DNA of 64,000 nucleotides from Paraspadella gotoi (Eukaryota > Animalia > Chaetognatha): positions 1,770,542 through 1,834,541 of the forward strand of contig JBJCIZ010000028.1 of the NCBI GenBank assembly GCA_051294375.1, written 5' to 3'. The notes under the pieces were generated by a model. It was not told the DNA's origin. It ran no database searches and worked only from the letters and a program-made list of their open reading frames with translations. Positions 48,248 to 61,690 of the stretch are shown piece by piece. A program made the translations under genes and the position numbers. Within the stretch, counting starts at the first letter, position 1. Every line of letters starts with the position of its first letter.

Positions 48248-50309
48248 NNNNNNNNNNNNNNNNNNNNNNNNNAGCGGAGACAAAAGACAGAATGGAAAGG
48301 ATCTCAACAATGAATCTAAGTACATCACGCGGTTTTGCGCCGCAAATATGTTCTGGCTATACGTCGCCTGGCGATAATGTATATTGGGCTGTTGGCTTAC
48401 TTGAACAACAATACATTTTTGTTATTATGATGACGCGATACTAAAAGAAGGTACATAATTTAATACTCTCACCCTAAAAAAATATTGGCTATCAGCATTT
48501 CCAAACATACTAACATAGGCAGATTCGTCATGTTACCCAAATCGACGTCTCGTCCTGACCTGAAGCCATCGGAAAAGGAGGAGAATAGGTACTGTAATTT
48601 TTATAACATTGAAATAATTAAGAATAAAGAAGGAAAATTATACTTGACGAGCTTCGAAACTCACGACGAGGGTTTCCTCTGACTTTTGCCGCTAAAGGAA
48701 ATCATCGCTTGCTCAATTCCGCGCATATCATGAGTTTCCCTGACCGGCTCCGGTGTGGCTCCTTCAGCGACGTCCGAACACCAATTTCAGGGAATCCAGG
48801 CGTAAAAGTAGGACAAAATGTTGCCAGGAAAAAAAACCATAACGATTGGAAACTGGAAGAAAAGGACGCCGAGGGGAAAGAGCCGGGCACTCGGATGCCG
48901 AAAGACGAGAGAACGGCCGTCGACACGAGGCGGCGTCGCTTCCGAGCCTCCCATTTTGAGAGAAGACTAAATTACAGACTTTTATAAATGTTGCGAACAT
49001 CTTTTTCTTTGATTTTTTAATATTAGATTATTAACTTTCAATGTGATTAAAAAAATGTTGTAGGTCTTTTAAAGGAAAAAGATGTTCTGTTGGTGATTTT
49101 TTTTTTTAAATTTAAGCGATTGTCTGGGAATGGGGGAAAAATCGATTATGTCAAAGGACTTGAAGAATGAAAGGAAGGAGTTTAATTAATCGGACGAGTT
49201 CACGGTCAGGTAGGCGTTAAAGTGAGAATTAATAGAGGCGCCTTGCGACGAGAAAAAATCTAAAGATCTTATTAGATCATTAGAGATATATATTCTGACG
49301 AAGTAATTATTATATTAGAGCTGGGTTAATACATAAAAGTGACCGAAAATTTAAAAAAAAAGGAGCTAAGCTGGATGGCGAGTAGGCTTAATAAGCAGAA
49401 TAAGTAAAGAGTTAAAGACAAAGACCAGTCGGACATATCCTGGTAAATTACAATATACCTTAATGGGATATTGCGAGGAAAAAAAATTGACTGGTAACTG
49501 GCTTTGTTCACTTAATGTTATTGAATTATACGATTTTTGATCTCAGTGATTATTTCCTAACCTGGATCTGTGAATGCCCTGCATAATTGAATCTTTTGAT
49601 TCATACTTTTAGACAAACATTTCTTATTTTCTTATCCCTGGAGCATCGACGAGGAATAAAGTTGAAGTAATCTGACAAAACAAACACAAGTCTGCATATT
49701 AGTCATCAAAGACTAAAGGAAAAAAATAATTTTTCCCGTTAGTTTTACACTATTTTTTTCTAATATTAATATAGTTATAGCCTCTTTCTCACTTATATTA
49801 AATAAAACCAGAACCTTTCTCCGCGTTGGTTCTTTCATTATATTTGAAAATGGACTTTTACTATGTAAACACAGAGAGTGACGGAATTTAAGTTTAAATT
49901 TCTTTCCTGATGGTAAAAAGTGACTTGATTTTAAGGTTGGTTTCAAGCGGAAGCTGCAGAACAGCGTTATGAAATTGGGTACAACAAATATAAAAATTAT
50001 TTATTATTCATAAAAAAAGCTATCTTGTTCTCCTAAAACTAACCGCACAGGCTGAACTTTAATTTGTGAATAGTTTTAATATTGACACTGTTTATTGTTA
50101 CTGGTTAACTATAGTCGGTAGTGAGGCCGCCAAAGATGCATTTTAATTTTGTTTTTCTGATACGCCCCATGGGAGACCCAGACTGGGCAACATGTCTGAG
50201 AAAAGGTGTTTAATTGTTAAGCTCGTCGTTAAGTAATAGATGATAGATTGTTAATTTCGACTGTACTAGAAGCCAGCAAGCTTTGAAGTCATATGCTGAG
50301 CCTATTTGT

Positions 50310-50450
50310 TAGCCCGTCGTCAAGAATTAGCTGGAGTTTTAGCTGTGATACAACTGTGAATTTTCGATGGGCGATGATGGTACGAGATGCAAGGCAATTC
50401 GCTTTCTGACCTCAAACCCTCAATGATCATCCCTTTGGCCGTCCCAGCTG
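50310..50450 (-). pseudogene. Possible degenerate ABC-transporter NBD C-terminal fragment
   Basis: The minus frame reads TIIAHRKFTVV...LILDDG, resembling the H-loop (TIAHRL.T...ILVLDDG); no Walker motifs found nearby. Confidence 0.25.
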
Positions 50451-51477
50451 CTAATAATATTAGTAATTAGGACTGACACTGTTGGAGTGTGAGTGTTTTG
50501 ACTGTTGAGTTTAAAGCGTGAAGGAATGGAACAGACGTTGTACTAATGAACATCTTAATGTATAAAAAAAAGTTATTATAATTTTTGCAATTTACACAGT
50601 AGGATATAATTATATGAAATTGTACAACCAATATTAAAGTACACTAAGCCTATAAATTGTTAAATTTTCAAAAAGTTTTTTTTTATAAGATTTTTTTTTG
50701 CCGATTTTGTTTCGATCATAAAAAATTGATAAAAAGAAATTAAAACTCTTTTTTAACAGCATTCTTTTCATTAAGTTGGGTCAAATATCAGAAGAAACCT
50801 TATATTTTAAACTGAAAATTATTTTTTGGTCTATAAATAGTTTTTTAATTGTTTTTAAACCAACTTAATGAAAGAATTTTTAAAAAAATGAGTAAATTCT
50901 TTTCATCAACTTTTGACAGGGAATTTACAATCGCTGCCATCAAAATTAAGCAGAAAATTCCATTTTTTAAATTTAGGAATTTTTTAAGGATTAATACTAT
51001 AAATTAAATTTTAGCCGACGTGCCGAAAAATTTAAAAACATTAAAAAAATATTGAAAAAAAAAATATTTTTTTTTATATATTAATGTCACTGCTTGGTAC
51101 ATTGTTCATAAATCCATTAGGGAAAATTTCATATGTGACTTTCACTAAGGCTCTTACTGTTGTCCTACTACGAAAATCTTGCACTACAATGTTCTCTTTG
51201 GTCTTCAGTACTATCTTGTCAAAATATTTAAACATCTAATTCTGTATATCTTGAAAACCTTTTTTGATGAACCTTAAGTTGAAATTATGAAATTAATGAA
51301 ATTTAAATTATATTTTATAGTTTGGCAGAGGAGAACACCAAAATATTTAGTAATATACGTAATACAAAATTTAAAAAACCTCGCCTGCTGATTGTATAAA
51401 CTAAGGAATACTTTGGTAAATATGGCGCAAACCGGTCGCTTTACAATTATCAGTTTAACAACATATTTAACTTTGAG

Positions 51478-52830
51478 TTATAAAAGAAACCTTAACAAAT
51501 ATCCAATTTTTCTTTTCAAACGCGGTACTCGGTGCAGGGGTTTTGCCGTTCGACGATGTTTGTGAACCAGTTGTATCGAGTCACCGGCGCCAATTTTGTC
51601 GCTGTCGTCGTCATCTGTCGAATCGAAGTGACTCCATGCTCCCCACCAAAACATACCGGAAGTGAAGGCGACGACGCTATGCCGATGACAAATCCAAAGG
51701 CCACGTCCTGTTCGTGATGTTTGTAGTTCCATGACGCGTGACCCGCAGACGGCGCACGGCGCAACCAAAATGAGAAAGACGAGAAAGAGGCGCCCGAGAT
51801 GAGGGGGCTTGAGAGGGCGCCCCAGGCGCCAGACGATAGAGGGTCACGAAGACGGCAGCTACACATTGCGAGGCTAGCGTGACCTTTCGAGGGAGTGCGA
51901 AAAACCACGGGGTTGAGAAAACGAGGGGCGCCGAAAAAAAAAGCAGTTGTAATTTCGTTAATTAATTTACAAATTTGTTATTTGAATCAATGCCTAATGT
52001 AAACTTTGAACTCCGTTACAAAACTATTTAAACTGATTTTGAATCATCGAAGTTACCCAGGTCGCGTCGGAATGACCGGAAGGACTATTAATTAATTTCT
52101 TTATCTTATCAATTAATGAATAATTTTTTTCCATTAAACCGTTAACAATAAAAAAGAAAATGGAGGTTGCGTCTTTTCAATTATTTACCAGAGGAAATGA
52201 TTTGTGAAGCTGTCGACTATTACAAATCGCCTCTGGGATCAAGATGAAGCGGATTCGTACAATTATATTTCAAGAATGTAGTTAGCAATGAAGTTTCTGT
52301 CGTCGCAGGTTCATATTGAGAAGAAAGATTACCGCGGCTGCAGCAGACGGCGTACTTAAAGTGCGGCGTAACCGTCCCACGACGCACTTGACGAGTCATT
52401 CCGTTAAAATGGATCGACATCGAGATGAGAGTTTAAAATGTCCCAAACAGTAAAAGAGATTGCATAGTTTTCGATGCGATGCTTTCGTAGCAAAAAAATT
52501 CCACTCCCGCGACGATGAGGTCAGGGACAACCATGCGGCAAAACCGACTGACGAGGAGCCACGTCGGGAATGTGGGAAGTAATGATAGGGATAAACGGAT
52601 CGTCTTGGGTCGTGCAAAAAAAACCGCGTTGCACTTGGGGGATGACGTTGGTTTTGGAAAAGAGCCACTTGTGTGCGGATGAGAAAGATGAGCGCCGATT
52701 GCACGAGTCAAAGCGGTCGGCCAACTGAGGAGCGAATCATGGACGGCAACATGACGGTTGGTAGAATGTTTGAAGTCGTTGGAATGGAGATATCGCCTAC
52801 GGGGAGATTGTCTCGGATTTCCAATGCACG
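51478..52830 (-). CDS. PAP2-family lipid phosphate phosphatase (wunen/PLPP-like), two exons, frameshifted as assembled
   Basis: In order: QRGFFC, YPY, K-CVVGRLR(P)HF (C1), SFP(S)G|HAS (C2, split by intron 52188-51884) and SRVM.YKHHEQDV.FG (C3). Confidence 0.8.
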
Positions 52831-52943
52831 CTTTTGAGATTAAAAAAAAACAAAAAAAAAAACCAAACTCGTTAACATGAGAATTGAGAATTTTTCTACT
52901 AATCCGTTTCTCTCTCATACTTACTCCTCTCCATAACCTCCGC

Positions 52944-53006
<63 letters not shown>

Positions 53007-56000
53007 TCCTCTCTATAGACTTTCTTAGTTACGCCTCGAGTTAACCGCGGAGAGGATCCAATAAGTGACTTTTTTCGGTCAGTCTACGTCTGTCCGTCGG
53101 TTCTGTCTCAAGCTACGTTTTTCATTTGCATTAAGGTCTTGGTTCTTGTTTAGAAATAAAAGAAATAACTGCCTGTTCTCTTTTTTTTCCTTTCTTTCTT
53201 TCTTTCGCTTTTCTTTCTTACTTTCTTTCTTTCCTTCTGTTTCTGGCTTTCAGTCCACTTGTTCAATTTAAACTTATCGACAAAGATAACGGAGAAAAAA
53301 ATTGTTAGATGGCATTAAATAATGTAATGTACAGTTTAACTATAAAACGATTTTTGATTAATCGCGTATAAATGCACCAACTCCAATAAGGCTCAATATA
53401 ATTATAATGAAAATTAAAACCGTGATTCGGAGAAACAAAATAATCTTTAATGAGAAAGTAAAAAATTAAAAATAAAAAACTAAAAAAATTTAAAAACTTA
53501 TTTGAAGTACGTAAAACATTGTCAAAAATTTTTTTCGTAAATTATTTTTCGAAATTACTAAATAAATTGCCTCCATACAACGAATGTTGTCGGTTAGTAG
53601 TTGTTGTTTCAAGTTGATTTGTTTTGTCTGGATTCTCGAATACGAAATGTTCGATAAAATAAAACGGGAGCATCTTTTTTTCACCTCCATTGGAAGAAGT
53701 AGAAGTTGAGTTAGAACGAGGTAGAGAGCGAAAGAGGGAGAGCGAGAGCATAAGAGGAGAAAGCGAGAGCCAAGATAACGCCAGAGAGAACGATAGCTAG
53801 CAGAAAATGAAATGAGGAGTTCGATTTCAGTCGCCTGCTCAATATGTAAATCTAAGTCAATGAAAAAAACTAAGGTTCGTCGAGTAATACTTTTAAAATA
53901 AATAGGAAAAATCATATACTGTTGTTTATTGGTTTTAGCGGGGTTTAAAAAATTACATGTTAAGTGTGTAAAAATATTTTTTTCTTGAAGTTAAAAGAAA
54001 TTTCGATAGTTTTTATTCCATTTCTGAATTGTTCTTTATACATAAAAATTAGAAGATGTAGAATTTTTTAAAACACACGACGTGACCATCATGAATTTGA
54101 AAAATCTTTGAATTCTCGACGCACCGCCGAAACAAAGCAATTTCGCCAAAAAGACGATTGATGACGAGATTAAAATTTTTAAAACGATAGCAAATTAGAA
54201 TTGTTAAAAAGTTGACAGTAACAAACGGAACGCAGAAAAAAGTGGTTTTTTTTGGATCGTAAGAAAATTATTACGAAATAACTGAGTTAATTAGTTGGTT
54301 CTTGTTTTCCCTACACGGTAAGGTTCAATTTCTTCCTTCGTTTCGTCTTCGGTTTCTTCTTCGATTGTGGGGAACTTGGGCGAATCGAATCTCCTTCAGA
54401 AACGTGCTAAGCCAAGCCCCTCGAGGACCTCGGACGGATTGACAAACATGAATGAATTCCGGTGAAGTTGTAAAACTTAAAATCGAAGTAGTTACTTTCG
54501 AAGAGAGGAACTATACGTTTTTGATAAGGCTGTCTTAGTGCATTGAAATAGACATAATAATATAATTAGGGATAAATTTTCAGAAAAGATTGAGCGATAA
54601 CAATCGATGGCTTCATTAAAAACTCGCTAATCCCGACTTTATATTTAATCAGGGGTTGTGAGGTTGGACAAGACTCTGAGTAAACATCTCCACGATACGA
54701 CGACATTAGGACAAAACCCGTATTATTTGTCCGTCCCTAAGTCTTACACAAACATTTCACAAAACTTGAAGTTTGAATTGATTTTATACAAAAATGAAAA
54801 AAGATTGATATGGGAAGTGCAGATTTCAATAGTGAACCTTAAATTTTTAAGTCGCGGCTTATCATTCTGCTGATTAGCCTGTTCCGTCCGGGGTAGGGGT
54901 TGATAGAGCGCGTGACGGACACTGAACACTCGACGTGGACCACCTCCACAAAAGACGACGGGGATCTGAGGAGGACTGTGAAAACTCATTGGGTCGGAAA
55001 AGAAAAGAAAAAATAAAAAATAGATTTTAATGTCGATGTAAATTAGTTGTAAAAATGATAGTAAAAGTGGGCCATACAGTATATTTCGAAATAATTTTTA
55101 TCGAGTTTTCAAATTTCTTATTTCCGTAATAAGAAAAAGGCCAAAAATAAAAAAACAGCTAAAAGTTGGGAAAATAATTGGTGAACAAATATGATTCAAC
55201 CGAGTGCCATATTATGGTAGTTTTTTGGGTGGGTTTCATTCCCAAAAAGTGAGTTCATTGCGCCTACGTCACAGAGAACATTCGAAATTTTTCATTACAG
55301 AAAAACCCGATTGAAATCGCGTCCTGTAAATGTGAATTTACTGGAATACCATTGAGTTGATCGAAATGCTTTTTTGTTCGAGAAGTTAGTAAAATTAAAG
55401 GTAGCTATTTTACGTACTACAAAAATATTAAAAAATTTACACTTATTTTTAATTTTAATTAAAAAATTAAGTTCTTAATATAGTTTTCAAACAAATAATC
55501 TTGCAATTTTTCATTCCTAGGACCCTAAGAGCTTTGTAATCTTAAGTGAAATTTCAACAAATGATTTACCAAGTCTTTCAGTTGTCTTCCCACTATTAAA
55601 AATTAGAACTCTAGTCTATGAAATTGGTTCAACCATATTAAAAGTATATATTATAGTTTCATTTTACCAATTAATCGATTACAAAAATAGATCATGGATA
55701 GTTAGAGACAAAACTTATATAAAATCTTGGACCGTCTAAGATATCCTGAACATTAAACTATCCTTCGTTTTCCTGATCACAAATGCGTTTTACACATGCA
55801 GATTGTACGCATAGTACTAGGCATCCACTATGGTTATAATTTTTGATATGGGGTATTAAAAAAATAATTATAGGTGTTTTTTTTTCTTTAATGAAACATT
55901 AATTAAGAAAAAAAAATTACATTTATACGTCGTGATTAGTGCATCGAAAATTGGTTATCTCGGTCCCAACTAAAAAACGAGAAGTAAAGCTGCTCTTCCT

Positions 56001-56173
56001 CTTCCTATTGAAAAATGAACGTCTAAATCCTCATCATTTTATGAGGAAATAAAAGAAAACGACTTTCATTTATTTATTAACCAAAATTTATTAGCAGATT
56101 GTTTTTATTTATTGCTTTAACATAACATAATATCATATAATACAAATTCCAAACAAAACTTTTCATAATACAA

Positions 56174-56578
56174 CCACCCCTAAAGAAAATGGACTCCTCA
56201 GCCCCGACCATGCTCCCAGCCAAGGTCAGCAGGAGAAAAGGGGCCGCGACGCCATCCACAAGCGCCGCAGCAAAGGAAGACGGTAGCAACCACCGTGAGG
56301 ACCTCGACTATCACACGTTTGATCTCACGGGAGCTCTACTGGAGCAATGCCAATTGGAGACGAATCAGGCAGAAGTAACACGCCAAATCCTGATATTAAT
56401 AAACAATGCAAACTTGAAGCATGATCAAAGTTATGCTCGGATGAACAAGAGATTTGACGACACCGAGAGGAATCTCGGCACAAAGATGGACGAAATTCAC
56501 GAGATGATGAAGGTCATGATGACCCGCAACAACGACCGCAATATCGGCACACAGCTGACACACTTGTCGCAAGCCCCA
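56174..56578 (+). mobile_element. Gag 5' fragment of the same Gypsy family
   Basis: Matches 28320-28766; clean ORF 56189 MDSSAPT...LSQAP, then unrelated AT-rich DNA. Confidence 0.9.
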
Positions 56579-56984
56579 AATATGATAATTTATGAATAAT
56601 ACAAAATGATTCATTTATTCATGTAAGGAATAATAACATTTTCAAAACATTAATTACAACAGATCAAATTAAGGAAAAAGGAAAAAATAAATAGTATAAA
56701 AAGCAATGTTCACATAGCTCTCAGCAACCTCATTAAAAATATAACCACTCTAACCTTGGAAATCTGTACTTCCAACAACGTAATCAGTCATGACCTTTTC
56801 CTCTATAATAAGTAATAAATAATATTACATAATATTATAATAAGGTAATAATTTTCACTCTGACATAAAACGCATCCGTCAGCTTTGAAAATAATTATCC
56901 CCCCAAAAAAGTCTTCAATTTTATGACACATAAATAAACGAAACAAAACTTATTCTCCTCTCATAACCAAAAACTAAGTTCATC

Positions 56985-57474
56985 ATGAATTGGTTAATTT
57001 GTTTAAGCCACGTCGGTCTGCTGTTTAGCACATTGATGAATGTTGTGGATTGGAGCTCTGATGTGAATGCCGTTCGCCGATTCCTTCGTTCATATGAATC
57101 TTTGGAACATTACTTTGGATGGGTTCTTCTTGCAGTCTTGTTAAATCATTGCTTGATCTCGTCAGTATACGCATTTACAGTTGTTTGTCGTAATCCTGGG
57201 AGCTTTCCCCGAATTTTCAAGACGCCCATGAGGAAGTCGGCTGCAGCTGCAATGATCATTATTGGTCTGGGCTTGGTCCCATTTACAGTAGATCTTTTCT
57301 TTGATAAACTTAAGACAATAAAAGAAAACAGCGTTAAAAGAAAGGAGGCTATTTGCTTTTCCCTAAATATGATTGAAATAATTTTTGAATCATTTTTACA
57401 ATTGTTGATTCAGTCAGCCTTGTTGTTTTATCTTATGACAAGTGGCTCTAAGGAACAATGTTTGATAAATAAAG
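56985..57474 (+). CDS. XK-related (Xkr-like) membrane protein, first exon
   Basis: Hydrophobic segments, N-terminal D-x2-SD and EIIFESFLQLLIQ (E..ES.xQL.xQ signature; canonical Pro is Leu here); donor gtaagg at 57475; downstream exons not resolved. Confidence 0.65.
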
Positions 57475-59610
57475 GTAAGGTATTAGTAGATAAAGGTATC
57501 TGTGTTAACAGATATTTTTTTTCTCTTTCAGTCTTAATTGCATTTTGTTTTGAATGTTATTGATGATTGTACGGAATCAACCATGTTGCATTCGAATAAA
57601 AGTGCTAAGGTATACATAATATATTAGTTTATTTCGAATTCAACAAGGTTGATTCAGTACATACATGAGCATCATATGATAAAATAATGTTGGGTTTTTG
57701 AAGACCAGACACAGTTCTAATCAAATTACTTCAAACTACTACAAATCTAATGAAGACAAATTTGCATCTACAAATAGTATTTTTGATAAACATTTTAAAA
57801 CGCAATCTCAAAGTTAAAAACATACAGAAAAATTTTTTTTATTTAAATATTTAAATTTGACTTCAGGTACAGTTCATTTATTTTTATTTCACTACTAAAA
57901 TCCATTTATATTGCTCGACTAAAAAACGATTTAAGCTTTATTCAAATTTTTAAACATCCAACAGAATCAGAATTTTTCAATAATTCATATCTCATTAACG
58001 GTTAAACTTCATTTTGGGGTCAAGCGTTTAAAAAATCATGACTGTTTTAGTTTCTGGTATAAATTTAACAAAAACTGCTCGTCTGTCTCCAGCCGCCAGA
58101 CGAACTTGGGAGTCATTTTTTCAGGTTGAGAACCGCAGCGCGATTTTTAGTTGAAGATTCACCCTTATCTTTTGCCTATTGTTTACCGCTTTGGGATGGA
58201 GTATGATGATTTTTTGATGAATATAACCTCAGAACCAATATTCAGGTGTTTTGCTAGTTTTAAACTCATTTTAAGCAAAAATAAAAAAATAACTAACTCT
58301 ATTTGAAATAAAAATAAATAACTAAATACGACACGATGCAAGTTAACGTGGCGAAGCTTACCCATGCAAATTTGTATCATATTTCTTAATCTGTAAGCCA
58401 AACTTGAAGCTTTACATTAATAATACTGCATGCGCTTGGTTCTACCAGACTTCCTTTACTTTTACCATAACCCTCACTTATCTGCAAAAAAGGAAAATTA
58501 GTAAAAAGAAGTAAGAAGCAGACTCGTGGTGGCGAAAATCTATGACAAAATTTAATACTTCTTGATTTGTCAGTTAAACTATATAGGCAAAAAATATTAA
58601 AAATGATTATAATTATATATCAAATGATAGCTAAAAAAATATCTTATTCTCTGATCCTTTATTTCATAATTTTGAATTTAGAAAATATAAGTTTTAAATC
58701 GATCAATTTGAAAACTAAAATGACAAATTTTTTTCCCACTTTTTAAAGATTTGATTTTCTTTTTTTATTGTATTCCTCCTGTATTGAGGCAAAGAATAAG
58801 GAAGACATTTTGAGTTAAGTCATATAATTGCAATCGTATATGTATATTTTAAAACAGTTCGGACTACAACTTCTGTACCATAAACATTTTTATTTCTTAA
58901 ATAAATAGGAGAAACACATTTTGGAAAAAAAGATTTTGAGCATTGAGAATTTTAGATCTAACCCTAACCCTTTAAATTTTCAAAAAATCAGCTTCTAGCT
59001 ATTTGATTTTGCTACAATCTGATTTTTTTCTTTTTTTTATATTTTTTATTTTAGAGTAAAAATAAAATTTTCAATGAGCATAGGTCAGTTCATTTTTTTT
59101 ATTTTTAAAAAGAGACATAATATTTTTTTTATCCAACTTAATATTTATACTTTTATGAATAAAACAAAGCTCACTTGAATGTATAAGATTAGAGAAGATG
59201 AATGGAATGGTAAAATTAAGGAGCTTGTCATAAAGGTAAGTTTAGATGAGAGATCAAAAAAGAAAACGAGAAAAAGATTGAGACGAGAGAAAGATAAAAA
59301 ATAAAGAGGATAGTGAGTGGAGAAAAAGAAAGAGTCATTGTTGTTTTATGTATTATACTTATTATTGTTATTATTGTTATTATATATTTTACTTTTAAAT
59401 AAAAAATAATTAGTTAAAATTATTTTTTTATTTTTTTTATTTAAAATTAATTTTTACCAGAATGATTTTGTCCAAACTTAGATTAAGCTCAATCAACCTC
59501 TTTCTGGCCACACACACAAATTTCAGATAAATCCATCAATTTACTCAAGTGTATGATAGATTAAAGTTACAGATGGATGGACAAACAAATAAATGTATGG
59601 AAAGAGGAAG

Positions 59611-60268
59611 TATGGTGGACTAAAATCCACCAACCGTTCATCAGCGGCCATTGGTGCCGGAGGCAAGTCATTCGCCTCCCAACCCAAAGGTCCGGGGTTC
59701 TAGCCCGGTGGTCGTCTGGCAGTTAAGAGGGACGGGGCGCTTAACCCGCCTGTAACATGGTGTTACAGCCTGATTCGAAGCTCATGGACTGCTTATATTG
59801 AACGTTTCTGTATTAACATATATCATAATCACTGTCTCTTCAATTGGTGAGCCCACTTCCGAACACAACAGCAACAACAACACTTTCAGGCGACATGCCT
59901 CAACTTGGCGACTGCACTTTCCGCCCACACACATCCAGGGACATGCCTCAACTTTGGTACGAATTTTCAGCCACAACAACAATTCACTGAAGAGACGCAA
60001 CAGACATCTTCTCTACGGGAGGGGGGGGATGTATGGTGGCACTAAAATCCACCAACCGTTACATCAGCGGCCATTGGTGCCCGGAGCAAGTCATTCGCCT
60101 CCAACCCAAAGGTCCGGGGTTCATAGCCCGGTGGTCGTCTGGCAGTAAGAGGGACGGGGCGCTTAACCCGCCTATGTAACCTGTGTTTTCCAGCCTGATC
60201 CGAAGCTCAGGGATGCTTATATTGAACGGTTCTGTCATTAACATATATCATTAATCACTGTCTCTTCA
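59611..60268 (+). mobile_element. TRIM (non-autonomous LTR element) with a tRNA-like sequence in each LTR
   Basis: LTRs 59611-59842 and 60030-60268 (TG...CA; the left copy lacks the first TG), PBS TGGTGAGCCC 59845-59854, PPT 60017-60029, candidate TSD GAAG (59607-59610 / 60269-60272). Confidence 0.85.
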
Positions 60269-60940
60269 GAAGCATTCAATTTTTTGGATAATTTTTATAA
60301 ATCAGTATTCTAAGATGAACCAAGTAATTTACCAACAAGATATGAGGGGTGGACAGATAAATGGATAAAATGGTTTATAGAATTGGACTATTATAACTTA
60401 TAAGAAAACAAGTTTGAGCAAACAATGTCGGATCTGCCTACGATAATTAATTAATTAATTGATTAATTAATTAATTAATTAATAGATTAATTAATTAATT
60501 AATAGATTAATTAATTATTTAATTAATAGATTAATTATAATTTATATTCAGCTTGTCATCATCGATTCCTTAAAATTGAGTCAGGACAGTTATTAAATGT
60601 TTTGTTTACATTTTATCAAAACAAACAAAATATCCTCTATTATCGAGCCAGGCGGCAAAGCCCGTCCTGTCTAGATTTTTTTTCGGTTTAGCTTTCGGTC
60701 TCGCTTTTTTGCAATCATGGCTTCTGAAAGTGTGATATCATAGGGAGTGAATTTTCATATATGGCTTCTAATCATCAAGATCTTTAAAATTCTCATGTTC
60801 ATATCAATATTGGTATTTGTTATGTTTATTACAAAACAAAAACGTTTTAATTATATGTCGACTCTCTCTGCTCTCTCTTTTTCTCCGTCACTGCTTCTTC
60901 TAAAACGAGTTCCGGCTCTGCAGCGTCTGTCCAGCTTCCT

Positions 60941-60974
<34 letters not shown>

Positions 60975-61040
60975 TCTCTCTCTTCTCTTTTTTTTTACAA
61001 AAATTTTTTAGATATAATGTGGGTTCACTATGTAAAAAAC

Positions 61041-61113
61041 GATGCCGCGAACAGGGCGCGAACCCGGGTCCTTGGGTAGAGAATAGCTCACGCTACGTGC
61101 GGCGCCATAAGTA
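61041..61113 (-). other. tRNA-derived SINE-head-like fragment
   Basis: Minus strand tggcgccgcacgtagcg...acccaaggacccgggttcgcgccctg contains A-box-like and B-box-like motifs. Confidence 0.35.
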
Positions 61114-61476
61114 CTGCTGATTCTTTAACGAGGTAAAGGGCTGTAGAGCTCTCTTCTCTCTCTCTCTCTTTTAATTATTATATATCGCTCTTTCTCTTTT
61201 CTCTTTTTCTCTGCAGCGGCTGTCTCTCTCTCTCTTTTTCTCTCTCTCTCTCTGTCTCTCTGTCTCTCTGTGTGTGTCTGTCCCTATCTGTCCAGATCTT
61301 TTGCGTGATCGTTTGTTTTTTGAAAAATTCTGATTATTTTTTCCTTCTAAAACTTTTTATTATTGCCATTTATTCGCGCTTTTTTTCAATACAAAATCCC
61401 ATATTTTCATCCGAGATTTTCGTGGATATCTCTTCTTTTCTCATTTCTTCTTTTCTTCTTTCTTCTCTCTCTCTCT

Positions 61477-61533
<57 letters not shown>

Positions 61534-61556
61534 ACTCATACACGCATTTGTTTGTT

Positions 61557-61690
61557 TATGACTATCATCGCATCAATGAATGACAATCATCGCATCAATG
61601 AATGACAATCATCGCATCACTGAATGACTATCATCACAGCAGTGAATGACTATCATCGCATCAATAATTGATTATCATCGAATCAATAAT
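61557..61690. repeat. 22-bp minisatellite (atgacaatcatcgcatcaatga), about 6 copies
   Basis: Direct reading. Confidence 0.9.

Noticed and set aside
59985-60010. Hammerhead-like CTGAAGA in the TRIM internal region (also CTGATGA on the LTR minus strand)
   Set aside because: No stem II followed by GAAA.
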